Positions 41,102 through 55,490 of a stretch of DNA of 64,000 bases are shown piece by piece (positions within the stretch are counted from its first letter, which is position 1; each line of letters begins with the position of its first letter). Position numbers and translations under genes: made by a program. Under the pieces are notes generated by a model that saw only the letters and a program-made list of their open reading frames with translations, was not told the DNA's origin and did no database searches. Origin of the DNA: Chrysomallon squamiferum (lineage: Eukaryota; Animalia; Mollusca); contig CM022670.1 of the NCBI GenBank assembly GCA_012295275.1, positions 32,488,001-32,552,000 on the forward strand, in the 5' to 3' direction.

Positions 41102-41699
41102 TTAAAATTTTCCATTCTAGCAATTCTAAATCAGTTTCACAATGGTTTATTCTTAGTGAACATTTCATTTTCTTTTTTCTAATTTAGAAAACTTGGAAAC
41201 AATCCTACAGGCACAACATATTGATTGGAACCAATATTAATAATAACCATCACTTGCCATAGGTCGTTTAGTGTTAAGCTTCTTATTTGATTGACTTCCA
41301 TGCTCAAATGTCTTCTTTTTTTCACCTCAGATGACAAATGCTATGAGTCTTTAAATAATGTAATAGAACTAGTTTTATTCATTTTGTTTGTGACTTCATC
41401 ACATCTGCAGAATGCTCGGTTGTCAAGCATTAAACTCACTTAATGCTGTTTTACTATCTTGTTTCAAAGTAATAGGTTTTGCAAGCTTGTTCTTTGTCAT
41501 ATTAAATTCTGTTTTTTACTTTAAATTATTTTGTTTTATGGACCTAGCGATCCATCTTTTGTTATCTGTTATCTTTGTTTATTTTATCAGATCAATAATT
41601 TTTCTTTCCTTTGTAGCAGGGAGAATATGTGTTTTTATTTACAATGTGTCTTATGGTAATTCTCTTTTCAGCCATATATTTTTAGTCGATATAATAAAG

Positions 41700-42085
41700 A
41701 AAGGAAGGAAGAAACATTTTATTTTAACAACAGACTCAACAAGTTTTTAATCCATGATTATATGGCTTCATAAATATGTGGTAAGATCATGCAAATAATG
41801 AAAGAAGAAATGTCTTATGGTTCCTAAATAGGCTACTCTTTCTGGTAACAAGGTATCTTTTGTATGCAAATTTACTTAGAGTGCAGCTTTTGATAAATGG
41901 TCTGTTGCTACTTTTTTTTAGCAGCAAGATATATTTTTTACGCAACAGTCCTTAGGCCATAGCCTTCGATAAATAACATGAGGGTCTTGTCTGGCACGAG
42001 AAATTTACTGAATCATACCCTTAGGAGGAGTGAACCTGTAACCTGTCAAACATTTATATTCTATTAACTGATCTACACCATGGCC
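41700..42085 (-). mobile_element. Most complete degenerate SINE copy, with (GAAG)n-like tail
   Basis: AAGGAAGGAAGAAACATTTTATTTTAAC..CTCAAC..TTATATGGC..GGCTACTCTT..GCAGCAAG..CTGGCACGAGAAAT..ACTGATCTACA. Confidence 0.6.
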
Positions 42086-44543
42086 AGTATGTCAGTGATT
42101 TCCTATAAGAGAAATTCTGTTTGTTAAAACTTTTATTGAGAGTTTGTAATTAATGAAAAAAGAACATGCTGGTGGTTATTTCCTATAAGCGAAGTCCTGT
42201 CTGTGTTAAAACTTTATACAGAGCAGTAATTAATGTAAATAGCATTTACAAAATATTATTTCCCATTCCAACTAGCAACTCTTTAACTGTATGACTCCTA
42301 AATGAAGGGTGTTACATCACTCACTTAACATGGATAAAAAAAAAATGAAGTGAACAAAACAAAGTTACATTCTAATCTGTTTCCAAACCTTCCTTTAGCT
42401 TTCTGACCCTTACAGAAAAAGGAATTTGGCATCAACACTGCATGATTAAATTGCCAAGTTTTAAAACCGGCCAAAATTGAACATTCCAGAAGTGTCTTGT
42501 TTTTTAACAGTACCAGTAATAGAATTTACATGTAAGACATTTCACTGTTACTTAATGATTTTACAAGATTACAATACTAAAAGTGAAAAAACTTGTTTTT
42601 AAATTGTGTTTTAAAGAGAAAAAAATCTAACTCTCTGTGTAGTTGCATGTACCTATTAGATATTTTTTAGTGCATTTTTTCCACTATTATTTGTTGAGTT
42701 TACAGAAGTCCAATATTAATAGTGAAAGGTTTTCCTATTTTTTCTTTTATTCCTCATTTTACAAATATTCTGATATAAATTAGAAATCATGCAAGGTATT
42801 TTGATAAGCATTGTCTTTCATTGTTACACGATTCCAATACTAAAAGAGAAAATTAAAAACACAAACGGAATCTCTTTCTTTTATAGATAGATAATCTGAT
42901 ACATCCAATTAGTTATCATTCACCATATCTTTGAGTGCATTGCTTGTCAGTGTTTTTATCATTGTCAAGAAGCATACATTTGTTTTTTTGTGGATACAGC
43001 ATTAGTAACATGTTATCAATGAACTATAACAAACTGCTATACACTTTTTTACCATGGGAAATTGTGGCAATACTGTTTCCTCACTTATATACAAAAGAAC
43101 AAAAAACCACATAACACACACATAGACACACACACACAAAAAAAAATAATAATAGTAATCAAAAACAAAAAAGCTCATGTGCTTCATACCTAATAAACAT
43201 TATTGTTTAAGTGTATTTAGGTATCACTGAGCCAGAATGAATATATTCACATTGTACTCTGAAAATAGTTTATCATTTTCTTCTATTCACTTTTCAGAAA
43301 GTTAAAAAAACAACAACAACAAAAAAACAAAAAAACATTAAAATATGACATTATTATGACTTAGAAAACCCAACAAACTTAGTACAAAAGGTTTTATTAA
43401 CAGTATGTTATGTCCTAGTCTAATTAAGAAAATGTTATCTTTTTGTGTATTTTAAACACTTGGTGAATTATATTTTATTTTATTATTTTTTTTTAAATAT
43501 ATTAAAAACATGTTTACAGCCATTAATGAATGGAACTGATACAAGTGAAAGTTGTTTAGCCGTTGTTGATTTTTTAAACATGTAAAAGAACATGTATCAA
43601 CATGAAATTCCAGTGTGTGTAAGTAATATGCAGATATATAGTTGTATGTGTAACTGAAAGAGGAGTAAAACAACAATAAAGAGGTTAATTTATTGGTAAT
43701 GTTATATCTAGCAAATGGTTGATTTGCCTAATGAATAGAAAATACATTAAGGTAGCAGCATGCGCATAAAAGTTCAAGTTTATTGCAAACAACACCTGTG
43801 TTTGTTGTTTTGTACAGTGCCTAAAAATATTAATTGCATACATAACAAAATAAATATCATGAGACACAGAAAAATGGAAAGGTTATCGCTTTGTACTTCT
43901 GTTTAACATCTCTTTCATGTTAATGGAGGCAAAAAATTAGTTCAAGGAGATTATTAAATTTTGTTCTGAATATATTTTTCAATATTAATATCATTTTTCT
44001 TACATCCATGGTTCTTAGCAGAGGATTATTCTTTTGTAAGAAAAAATTAACTCCATCTAGAACTGGACTGGAAGCAATATGTCTGGAACAGCATACTAGA
44101 ATTTTAAGCATATTGAAGAAACCAGATACAACATATGTTAGTTAGAATTAATCAAAATAATATGCCATATGTTGCAAGAGGAACTGGATGGATATTGAAT
44201 ATTGAAATATAATATATTTGTATTAATAAATAGTTTTATAATAAATGAATTATGTTCACACAAATGAATGGTTTAAATGAAAAATGAGAACTTAAAATAT
44301 TGAATACTGAAATATAATGCTATATATTATCCAAATAGCTTTAAAATAAATGATGTGATTAATATATATTCAGAATTCTTTTTTTCTATTTATGCACAAC
44401 AAACTCTATAGTCGTATTAACATAAAGTGTTAATCCTGTGATCTTGTAATAATTATTCAAAACAGAATGTTTCTATCACAAAACTAATATATACTACTGC
44501 AGATCTGTGTGTCATTGATAACAGTATGTATTAGTTTCATATT

Positions 44544-44589
<46 letters not shown>

Positions 44590-45809
44590 TGTATGAATTG
44601 AATTAGTATATATCCACTGATATGAAAGAAAACACTATTGTCATTGATACAGAAAATGTGTGACACTGTCAAAATGTGAAATAACTTAATAAGTATACCA
44701 TTAAGGGTTGATCCTGTGACATATTGCTCCAGAGCCACAGTCTAATAATGCATTACACATTAAAAAATGTTAATCAAACAAATTCAGTAAATTATAGCAG
44801 CATTTTTATTGTTTTTCCATAGACTAAAGCTTTCATTAACCTAGTAATGGACAAAATGCAACAGGTGCTTCTAAACTAAATAAACAGTATCTGTGATGAA
44901 TTCATGTACATGAAGATGACAAAGAGAAACAAATTACTTTTTGTTCTTCATAATATGATTTATCTTCCCTAGGTTTATATCTGTAAGATGAATACATTAT
45001 GAAAGTTAATATGTAAGATGTTTTCTTTACATTCTCTCTTTCAAAACTATAAGATATAAGGAGGCAAAAAAAAAAATTAAATAAATTAAAAAACAAAAAC
45101 AAATAGAAATTGGGTTTACTCAGCCTTTGTTGCTATTTTGTAATTCATGAAAGGCTACTGTTAATGAGTATGAGAAAATGGCCAAGTCTGATGAAATCAA
45201 TTGATCTCTTATTTGTTTTCATTTGTTGTTTTTCTTCTTCTTTTCTTCTTATATATACCACATCCCCCCACACACATATTTATGATAGTATTTTAGATCA
45301 TGTAATTGGATTGCATGATTAATATTGATATTTTTGTTTTTTTTTTTTAAAACAAATTACTGTTAACAGAAACATAAAGATTGATTTATTTTCATTTTAT
45401 TAATATAAATATTAATTTGTTTCTTGCAAACTTTCTCAATTTTAACCTCTATCAAAAAAAAAAAAAAATTAAAGTATTTAAATTCAAGTATATTAATTTA
45501 AATATGAAATAAAATAAATTATATTTTTTATATATATGAAAACTTGCATTTCTATAAATTATACAATACAATGCCTTATTTCTTTTTTAAATTTTAAAAC
45601 CAAACAAAACAAAACTGATTGTCACTTTTTCCCAGTATTTATATTTTTCATGAAATGTGTAGTTAGAATTTTATATCATGCAAATACTTTAAAAAAAAAT
45701 TCAGAATTTAAATTAAAAGTACCTTATCAGAATACAAATCTGTAAACACTGTAATTTATACTTTATATATTAAAGTGTTTTACAGAACTGCAAACCATAT
45801 TATGTCACC

Positions 45810-46200
45810 TATATACAGGCACGTATATTTATATATACAGACATACATATATACATAAACACACACACACACACAAACATGTAGATACATATACACATAC
45901 ATACATATGCATAAACAAAGGAAATGCATGCAGATATTAACTCACATAGATATATATACACCATAGACAAAAATATATACATATAAATATATACAAACAT
46001 TACATACATAAACTCATACACATATGCACATACACACATAAATATAAATTTATGGTAATATGAATTCAAAGACATATGTAGATATCCACTCACACAAACC
46101 TAGAGACATACAAATGTACACATACATTTACACACAGAGAAACATACATACACTATACACATCCACACACCAAAATATATCTATTTACACACATAGGACA
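45810..46200. repeat. CA/TA-rich low-complexity tract
   Basis: Degenerate (TACA)/(CA) repeats. Confidence 0.85.
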
Positions 46201-49200
46201 CCAACCTCCAAACACATTCGTTCAGTATTTCCATTTCTTTGTCATCACCACTTTACTAATTCTCCACAGACTTTGTCACCAAAGACTCTGGCAGTGGTCT
46301 TGTTGTGGAATCTATTTTATCATCTGCCACCCAAGTGACAGCGGGATCTATTATTTGATTGATGAGAACATTTCACGACTCTGTTTTTTTTAAAACATTG
46401 CATGTTCTAAATTGATTTTCTTCTGTATGCTAAAACCAGCTCTGCATACAGTCTTTTTTATTTATAGACCAAATTTACAGGGCTTAGACCATTTCATTGA
46501 ATTTGCCATGATACATTTGTTAAATGTTCTGTGAACATTCTAAATTAGGTTTAGATTACTGATTTAAGAAGTGTTATGTAGATACATGTGCTTGCACTTA
46601 TTTTCAATTCCATTTTTATTTTATTTTTAATTATTAGGAATGAAATATATAAATTAATTAAAACATTGAAACTGTATTTTGAAACATCTAAAAGAAATAG
46701 TAAAACATTTAAGTTAAATTAAGAACATGCCAAATAAAATATTAATAATATTTATCATAATTAAAACATCAAAATAAATTTAAAACATCTAAAATGAAAG
46801 AAAAAATCATAAAAAATTAATTATAAATAAATAAATAAATAAATTAATAATAACAATAATAATAAAAATATTTTAATAAATAATGTTTCTTTTTTTTTAA
46901 ATCCTGTATCCTATGGTTTTATATTTCTGTGTATGAAATGACATTATAAAGCAGGTGAAAAATACTATAAAATTATTCCATGCATTTTCATATTTTATAA
47001 TTATTCTTTAGAAAAGGATATAAATGAGAAAATAAAATACTTATTTGAGAATATGCTAATTGCCTGAACACTTTTTATTGTACTAATGCAGGTACATTTC
47101 AAAGAAAGCAAGAATAATTTCATTAATGAATGTTATTGTAAGATTCTTCTTTAATTTTCACTTGATTTGATGCTCTACATTACTAATACTAATAGTTATG
47201 AGTTATGGATTAGCTTTTGCTCTTCAAGATATTAATTTGAGTAATGTCAGATGCCACATTGTGAGTTCATTACTTCCGACAAGTTGAATTCCATGCTAAT
47301 TATATTTTGTTTTTTGTTTTCTGAAGGTTTGCATTGATCTAATAATGGCACCATTGATTTATGTAAATTTCTCAGTAGTTCTGTAATGAATATGCAGTCA
47401 GCTTGCTAACAGCATTTTTCTGCTTCTCATTGTCATGTTTTGGGGGTTTTTATAGTAATTTTTTGCTACTTATTTAATGGAGCATAATCTTTATTATTAC
47501 TACTATTATTGTTATTTATTTTATTTTTTTTTTTTTTTTTTGGTTATTACAGTAGTAGTAGTAGAAATGAATTTATAATAAAAGCTATTTTAATATAGCC
47601 ATTTAAAAAATACAATTGACATTTTTGCTTATCTTCATATAAACAACACATGTGCATGTACACATACACACAAGCACATGGCTATACCGGCTCACAAACA
47701 TACTTACGCACAGACAGATTATATCTGTACAAATGCTATAGAGACACAAATTTCAATTCAGAGAATACACTGTCAACATCAGCTCAGTATAAAGATTTTA
47801 TCTTCTAGTTTTTCTTTTCTTTTTTGTAATTTATCATAAAGAAAACCACTGAGTCATGAAAATGTTATGTCAGCTTAAACAAATCAATATATTTGCCCAC
47901 AAGAACATTATTAAAAGTAAGGAAAAAATTAAGACAACGAATATTACAAATATTAGCAGAAATGTGTTAATAAACCAGTGAAAAAGCATGTAATAATGTT
48001 TGTATTTTTAACTGTATTGTTTTATTTTATTCTATTTTATTTTACTTTATTTTATTTTACTTTATTTTATCTAATTTTTTTATTTATTTATTTACTTTAT
48101 TTTATTTTATTTTATTTTGCTTTATTCTTTTTTCTTTCTTTCTTTCTTTCTTTTTTTAATATATTTTTTCATACATAAAGATATTATTTGCAATTTTGAC
48201 ATTTTGAAATATTACTGGTATTTAAAATTCCATTCATTGCCAACTGTCTTGTTAAGTACATTCCTTTTTTTTTTTTCATTTTGTAATATAACCCAGCAAC
48301 TCATTATTATTCTGTCAAATTATGCATTGTCTATTCTAACAGACCATTTCATTATATAATAATAATATTAATAAATATTGATACTAAATAATTAATAATA
48401 ATTTGTTAATAAGTTAATATATTTAAAAATAAATAAATATGTAAATAAATAAATATCAATAAATCATCCTGAAAAGTATTAATGAAAAATGCATAATAAT
48501 CATTATAAATTTCAGAGGTGTAAAATATACATGTTAAAAAAAAAAGTAATAAAAATGTTCAGTTACTTTATGTTTTCAGAATAATACTTTATGGCTTTAA
48601 CGCAGTCTGTCATTTTTTCTTTTTTTGAACTTTGTGAGATAATTGAATTTATAAATGTGCAAGTGAGAAGCTTTTGTTATTAATCTGTCTCTGATAGGGT
48701 AGGTGATATGAGACAGATTAGAAAATAAATCAGGTCTGATCTTGGCTAACACATATTTTAATACAATCTGTCAGAAATAACACTTCATTATTCCCTTTTA
48801 ATGCCTGTAATTTTTCTCAGAAAATCCAGATTTTTTTTAAACCTTTTCATGTCTGCAAAGGTTCATTTTAGAAAACAAAATATAGATAAAAAAAAAAAAA
48901 AAATTTGAGTTTATATTTCAGGCTTTTATTTGGATTTGCTATTTAAAAATCATTTTAAAAATGAAACAACTAGAGGTGCAAAATGCAAGCAAGAGCCTAA
49001 CTACTGGGCTACATCCAACTCTGTTTACATATATTATTATTGAACACAGCAATAATAATAGTAATAATGATAATGATGATTATATAATGGTAGTATAATA
49101 TAATAATAACAGTAATAATAACAATAAAGTTATTATTATTACTACTATTATTATTATTATTATTATTTTCTTAAAGAAAAAAATCAAAATTATCTTTGTA

Positions 49201-51469
49201 AAAGCATAAGAAAGTCTTTTGAAACAATAATACATCATCTGATTTTAATGGTTATTAAAGAATATTTGACTTGTATCAAATATAAAATTTATTAGTTTGG
49301 TATGCATGTAAAATTGTTATAAGAAAATTTTGTATACATTAAAATCTGTACAAGAAACATTTACAAGTTATTTATATTACAGATTTACTGGAGGTTATTT
49401 TGTTCAGTGTTATTAATTTTCTTTATACTTCACTGGCCCATACTGAGGAATGAACTGTTAATATTAAGTTGTACAATTAACACAGTAATTTAATCTCCGC
49501 AAACAGCAGAAAATGGATGTTTCTTTGAATGCAGCTAACAAGAACAAGAGATATTTTATTGCTAAGTGGGAACTGTTGTAATATCATTTAGTTTTTCCTA
49601 AAATAACTCCATGCATGACTACAGTTTGACATTCCAGTATTAGACCTGACATCATATACAAAATAAACATTTTTATTGACTGTAAGTTTATAGAATAAAA
49701 TCACCCATCAGATACAGCAAACAATAATGTTTAATGCAAGTTGCTGAAGACCACAGTAAGTCAGGTTTGGAACCTGCTTCAGTTTCATATGGCCATGAGA
49801 AAATCACTTTTTTTTCTTTTTTATTCCATTTATTATTTATTTATTTATTTTTTTGTCACATAAGCTATTAAGTTTGATGAAATCCAATAGTGAAAAGTGA
49901 GCCAGGATCGATTAATGTGACATTATGCCTGCAAGAGATGAATGAGAAAAACAGACCAGTCTCAAGTACATGGTTCAAGCCCCAATCAAAACTAGTCCTA
50001 GCTTGCAGTGAATCAACACGCCACAGACCAGTCCATGTAAACCCATTCTAAACTGGCCACGTTGCAATCAGTTTCAAATCATAACAGTAGGTCTTTGTAG
50101 TAAGTATATCTACACAACCATTATTGACCAATCTCATTTGCATGAGCCCATTGTTTCCCCATCAGTTTACAAGTGCATGCTTCCAACACAAGAACTATGG
50201 CCTTCTCTTGCCAATTTCATTTTCTAACTGCTGGTAGGTCTGGATACTGGAGGACTCAATTGATTTATCCAATATTTCAGACAGGAATTGCCTACGCTAC
50301 AGTTAACCTTATAACTGATTTGATGAAATCACAGAGATTTGCCCCTGATTATTGGTGCCTCTTGTAATTTATTTCTGCACAATATTGAAGGATAGTTTCT
50401 TTGGCTCCACCATTAAGATTATTGAAGCTTACAGTGTCTGTGTCTGAAAGAAGATTGTAGCAAAATATTACATACTGGCTGGAAGTTTTTATTTTTATTT
50501 CATCATTAGACTATTGCTTTTTCACCATATTTGTGGTAGAATGCAACAAGTCTTTAACACTGCTTTAATGCTTTTCTTTAAGTGGCATTTATGCCCACGG
50601 CTTGGAATAGACACTGTTTGACCAATTGGCCTGAATTGACACTGCAGTTTGGCTATTTTTAAAGATGTTGGAACACAGTAGTAATGACAACAGTGTCTGA
50701 TTTCTGTTCCATTGATATTATTACAATGTGGGCTCTCAGTACAAGAAGATTGTGTTGGAGATTCATCTAAAACTGGTCTGGCCTGGAGATAACCTCAGCT
50801 ATCACACAGTGATCTGAGCACAACAATTTAGCAGTTAGAAACTTGTCTTCTGTGTAGAAGATTTCTCTGGCAGTGATTCATAGAAATCAAACAACTTGAT
50901 AGAGTTATTAATCTTTGGATATTATGTATTTTTTCTGTAAGTTAAGGTCAGATACAACTGTAATTTTAGAGTAAATTGAACTCTTTGGATTATTTGTTTG
51001 TATTTGTGGGTTGTGTATATACCTGTATATTTGTATGTAATTTATTTACTCTGTATTTATCAAATTTAGAGCCAGGATTGAAAATATTTTTGTTTTAATT
51101 CTATAATTTAAAAAAAGAGATTATTTATTATTATTTTTATTTTTATAACTGCTTAAGAATTTTTTTTTCAAAATAATAACTAAATTTTATGGATTTTTAA
51201 ATACTTAATTATATGTGTTTGTTGCTGAGTAATTTAAACTTATTAAATCATCTAAGAGATTTTAAAAAGAAAAAAATGTGTGAAAGTGGTAAAAATAATA
51301 GTTTAATGGTAGTTTTTGGGAATGGCTTGCTGTAAATGGCTAATCTCTGACAAAACCAGTTTGTGGATTGAGTCAGTCTCAGAAGAGCCTAAGTGTAAAG
51401 ATTGCTCTTCCTAAATTTATTGTTAGTCATACAAGAATTATGTGAGATTTTATGATGCTCAAAATAAAC

Positions 51470-52100
51470 ATGTGATTCGATCAGAGAAGCCTGGAACTTT
51501 TTTCATTACTGAATCTTCCCCAAATTCACTAAATGATGCGAGCACAAGACATGGTGCCATATTTTTGCTGTGGAAGACAGTTACTTCATATACTTAGCAT
51601 ACCCACGTCTTGAAAGCTCATCAGCATTCCCTCCATTTTGTGATATACGTATGCTCAACACTAAATCAACTCTGCTCCGGGAGAGAGAGACAGAGAGAGC
51701 GCATTACCTTGCTTGTAACAGACTTCATCAACTTGGCTGCATCATCCAGCATGCATTCTTAAGTTTCACTTTATGCTGACAGACTGTCACTGAGCCAGTT
51801 TTCAAAAACAACACCAAGGCTGCTCAGCTCTGATTCTTACACGCTTGTGGTCTGCTTGGTGTGTGTGTGTTTGTGTCTTCTGACACAATGTTGTTTTCCC
51901 TGCAGGCTGAGGTACTGCATGACTACCTTTAATTTCAGTTACCAGTTGCTTTTCTCTATGGGATCATCACGAAATGCAGTGGGTTGTGTAATGGGGTTTG
52001 TATTCACACTGTTCCTTTGCTTTCGGTCCCGCTTGGAAATAGCAGGATACTGCCAGTGCCAAGTTTCAAAATTCCATTACATGAAACTTGTGCCTGTGTC
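51470..52100 (+). promoter_or_regulatory. CpG-retaining promoter / 5'UTR segment; acceptor TGTTGTTTTCCCTGCAG| at 51905
   Basis: About a dozen CpGs, raised GC and a GA-repeat (51680-51700). A good 3' splice site defines a possible exon 51906-52225. Confidence 0.55.
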
Positions 52101-52225
52101 ATGGGCATTGAGGTGAATGTTCATGTGACAGTTAATTACCATTTGGACAATATGGCTGCTGTATATAAAAAATTCAAAAAAATGGTCATACCTCGACGAA
52201 GGAGAAAGCCTTTGCACCTTCCGAT
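52101..52225 (+). CDS. Probable alternative first coding exon, (MGIEVNVHVTVNYHLDN)MAAVYKKFKKMVIPRRRRKPLHLP+AT, phase-2 donor; likely another PDE4 N-terminus
   Basis: In-frame TAA at 51930; ATGs at 52101 (GTCATGG) and 52152 (AATATGG); perfect AT|GTAAGT donor; same phase and strand as the RRHSWIC exon; within a CpG cluster. The PDE4 assignment is inferred from context, not homology. Confidence 0.6.
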
Positions 52226-54207
52226 GTAAGTACCTGAACAGCATGATTTAACCATTTTTATGTCTTTTTTTACCTGTAGATAAAATATTTATCTAAATAC
52301 TTTATATGACTGTCATTTGGGTTTTAAAATTAAATATAATTAAGTTAATGGATGTTTCAAAATTTTTATTGTTTCAGAGATTTAATAAACTATTGATTAA
52401 TATATTTCAAAACGATATAATCATCATCATCATCATATTCATCATTATCATTACTATGATTATTATTACCATTATTAGTAGTATTAGTGTTATTACAACA
52501 CAACACACACACACACACACACTTTTTCATATATAAATTAAGGTATAGGTAGTTATTAAAATTATTGTAAGTGGAATTTGTATAAAGTTCATTATTTTGT
52601 TACATGTTTTTAAAAAATAATAAAAAATGAAAATATGTATTAAAACAAGTGTTCAAGAGCAGTTATATATCCTCTAAGTTGTAGGTCAAGGTCATTATAA
52701 TGAATATTTTTACTGTTTTTAATCAATTGTTTTGCAGACACATTATAATAGTTACACCATTAAACTGTTTTAATTTTCTTTTATTCTATATGGCTTTTTC
52801 CTAAAATATTTTTAACCAGTAATTTATGTATATTTGATACAGAATCAGGAAGTTAAACTGATAACTACAGATAACATAGTCAATAAATTAGCAGGGTTAT
52901 TTCTACGCACATACAGGTCTGTTTTTCCCACCATGTCATAAACAAATCTTGGAATTAAATGATGAGTATTTATTTTATTCATAACTTTATTCATATTTTA
53001 TTCATAACCCACTTCATTTGTAGATTTAACTACAAACCAAAATTTATTGTTAAAAGTTAAGCCACTAAACAAATTTGAAGGTTTTATTGTCAGATTTAAT
53101 TGCAATTACTCAAATAAATTCATAAAGAAAAACCCCAAAACATCATTGCTCTCACATCTTATAAACATATGTTCATGCAATTTAACTGTCAGAATTTGTT
53201 GTTTTCAATTACAAAGTTTATCAAATGATCTACATACTTCCTCTTAAAATTTTTAAAATTGATGACGTGTGTTTATGTAACTTTTTCAGATAAGAGTTCT
53301 GTTTGCATTAAAAAAAGTAATAATTTACACTTTAAATTGAAGTGAAGCAATTTATGTTTTTAATCAAACTCTTGAATATGACTCATAATTAATAACCAAG
53401 CTTAAATATATATATATGAGTTGTAATAGGTTTATATATGTAAATGTGTTTGCATTCAAGCGAGTAAGAAAAATTATGTGTTAATAACTATGTGTGTTTT
53501 AATTGGGAAATGAATGTGACCCTGGCATTGCATAAATAACTGCATATTTATATCTGTCTTTGAATGTGAATATGTGTTTGTGAGTGCATATGTATGTAAA
53601 CTTGCTAAGATGTATTGATTCATGTGCATGTAATTACTTATGTATACAAGCATATGTTGTCTGTGTATGTACATGTGTATTTGAGTGTTTGTATACAAAT
53701 TCTTATACACATACATACACAACCTACTCATATGTATATACACACATACACACATGTATATATGCAAGTACTTGTTAATGTATTCAGTATTTCCAGACTT
53801 TATTGTTTGCCTGGAGATAAAACACAGATAAGATGCCACCATACCATTGATAATTACTGTAATTAAAATAGGGAATGTTTTTTAAACGGGAATGTTAGTT
53901 GGACTTCTTTTTTAAAATTATTCTCTCACATCTTTCATGCTGTTTCAGTTACATACTGCAAACATGCGGCAACATTAATTTGGAAATGTACAAGTTGCAA
54001 AGAATTCTGGGATTTAAGGATGCTTAGGAGAATGCAGTTACAAATAAAAATCTTCTCAAATTAGTGAAAGTTTTCTTTCCATTATGTTAGAAATTCTATG
54101 GCAGATATTTTAGATCTGGCAGAAAGAATCAGTCTTCATGCTAACTGAATTAAATGACTGACCCCACTGGATGTAGGGTTTAATTAACTTTGATAACATC
54201 ATCAAGT

Positions 54208-54585
54208 AGGGTTACATTTCAACTGGGTTTCATTCAAGTATTACTACATTTTTATTAGGTTTCATTCAAATATTGTTACATTTTGATCTGATTTCATTCA
54301 AATATTATATTTTGTCTAGGCTTCATTGAAGTATTATTACAATTTTGTTGTGTTTCTTTCAAACACTGTTATATGTTGCCTGGGTTTTATTCAAGTATTA
54401 TTAAGTTTTGATAGGATTTAATTCAAGTGCTCTTATATTCAGACAGGATTTCATTCAAGTATTATTACAGTTTGATTCAATTTGATTGTATTGTTACATT
54501 TTGTCTTGTTTCATTCAAATACTGTTACATTTTGACTGGGTTTCCCTCAAGTATTGTTACATTTTGATTGAGTTTCATTTCAGTA
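54208..54585. repeat. ~32-bp minisatellite, ~12 copies (TTTCATTCAAGTATTGTTACATTTTGACTGGG)
   Basis: Recurrent TTTCATTCAA(G/A)TATT units. Confidence 0.9.
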
Positions 54586-55227
54586 CGTTTATTTAATCCC
54601 ATCCTTACTCATTTGTTTTCTTAGTTTGTTTTAAACTCTGGGCTATAAGTAGAGTGTGTGTGGTGATCTTTTTTTTGTCTTCTTTTCCTTCTTCTTCTGG
54701 CTGGCAGTGGAAATGAAGATTGCCATCAATCATTCTGCGGGTGTTATCAAAATAGATTGCGAATAACAGTTTTATTTTGTAATGTTCACAAAGGGAATGA
54801 GAAAAACACACTACGTTGTTTAATGTTTCACTCAAGTTTCTGCTGCAGGCTGTTTTCTGTTGGAAATTAAAAGAACAACATTCATTGGCTTCATTAATAA
54901 TTCCTCAAAGAAAATAAAAACCAAGTGACAATAGAATAAAGTAAAAAGACCAATTTTATAAAATGATCACCTTGCTGAGTGATTTTTTTATTTTTTATTT
55001 TATTGAGTTGTTAAATTTTTTCCCTTCTTATTAAAACTGTTGTGTTTTTGTAAGGAGAAGATACATTGAGAGACACATAATTATTATTATTTTTTTTTTT
55101 TCATTCATTTCACAGACTAGTTGCAAAAAATAGCTTTGAACAAAATGTATGCATCATAAGTTTTGAAACTTTACTTTGCAAACAGAATATGCTAAAATCA
55201 AGGCATATCATATGTTTGGCATTAATC

Positions 55228-55490
55228 TGAAGTTATTTTATTAAAATTTTTGAGTTAACATGAATTAATTCATGTCAATTTTGATTTAAGTTTTAGATTT
55301 TTTATTCAACATTTTCCAGTTAATGCAAGTCAATGTTAGGTTATTTCTTTCAACCTTTTCAGAATTTAGGTTATTTTATTTAGCTATTTTGTTTAATCGA
55401 AATTAATTTTGAGGTTATTTAATTCAGCCTTTTGAGTTAATTTAAGTCAATTTTGAGGTTATTTTATAAGATTTTTTAAGTTAAATCAGT
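55228..55490. repeat. Degenerate ~45-bp tandem repeat (GAGGTTATTTTATTCA...TTTTGAGTTAA...TCAATTTT)
   Basis: GGTTATTT recurs at regular spacing with similar flanks. Confidence 0.65.

Noticed and set aside
46255-46340. TACTAAT...CCACAG acceptor followed by DSGSGLVVES (similar to PDE4 SPGSGLIL), and a possible hairpin
   Set aside because: The phase is incompatible with the phase-2 donors, the donor is weak and there is no UCR1 motif. The hairpin is too interrupted for a miRNA call.
3796-53270. Additional TGACG half-CREs (3796, 35292, 35637, 53263)
   Set aside because: The number is not obviously above chance for 64 kb, and none is associated with an exon candidate.
55258-55275. 18-bp perfect palindrome ACATGAATTAATTCATGT
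   Set aside because: It is AT-rich, lies inside a degenerate tandem array, and has no supporting context.
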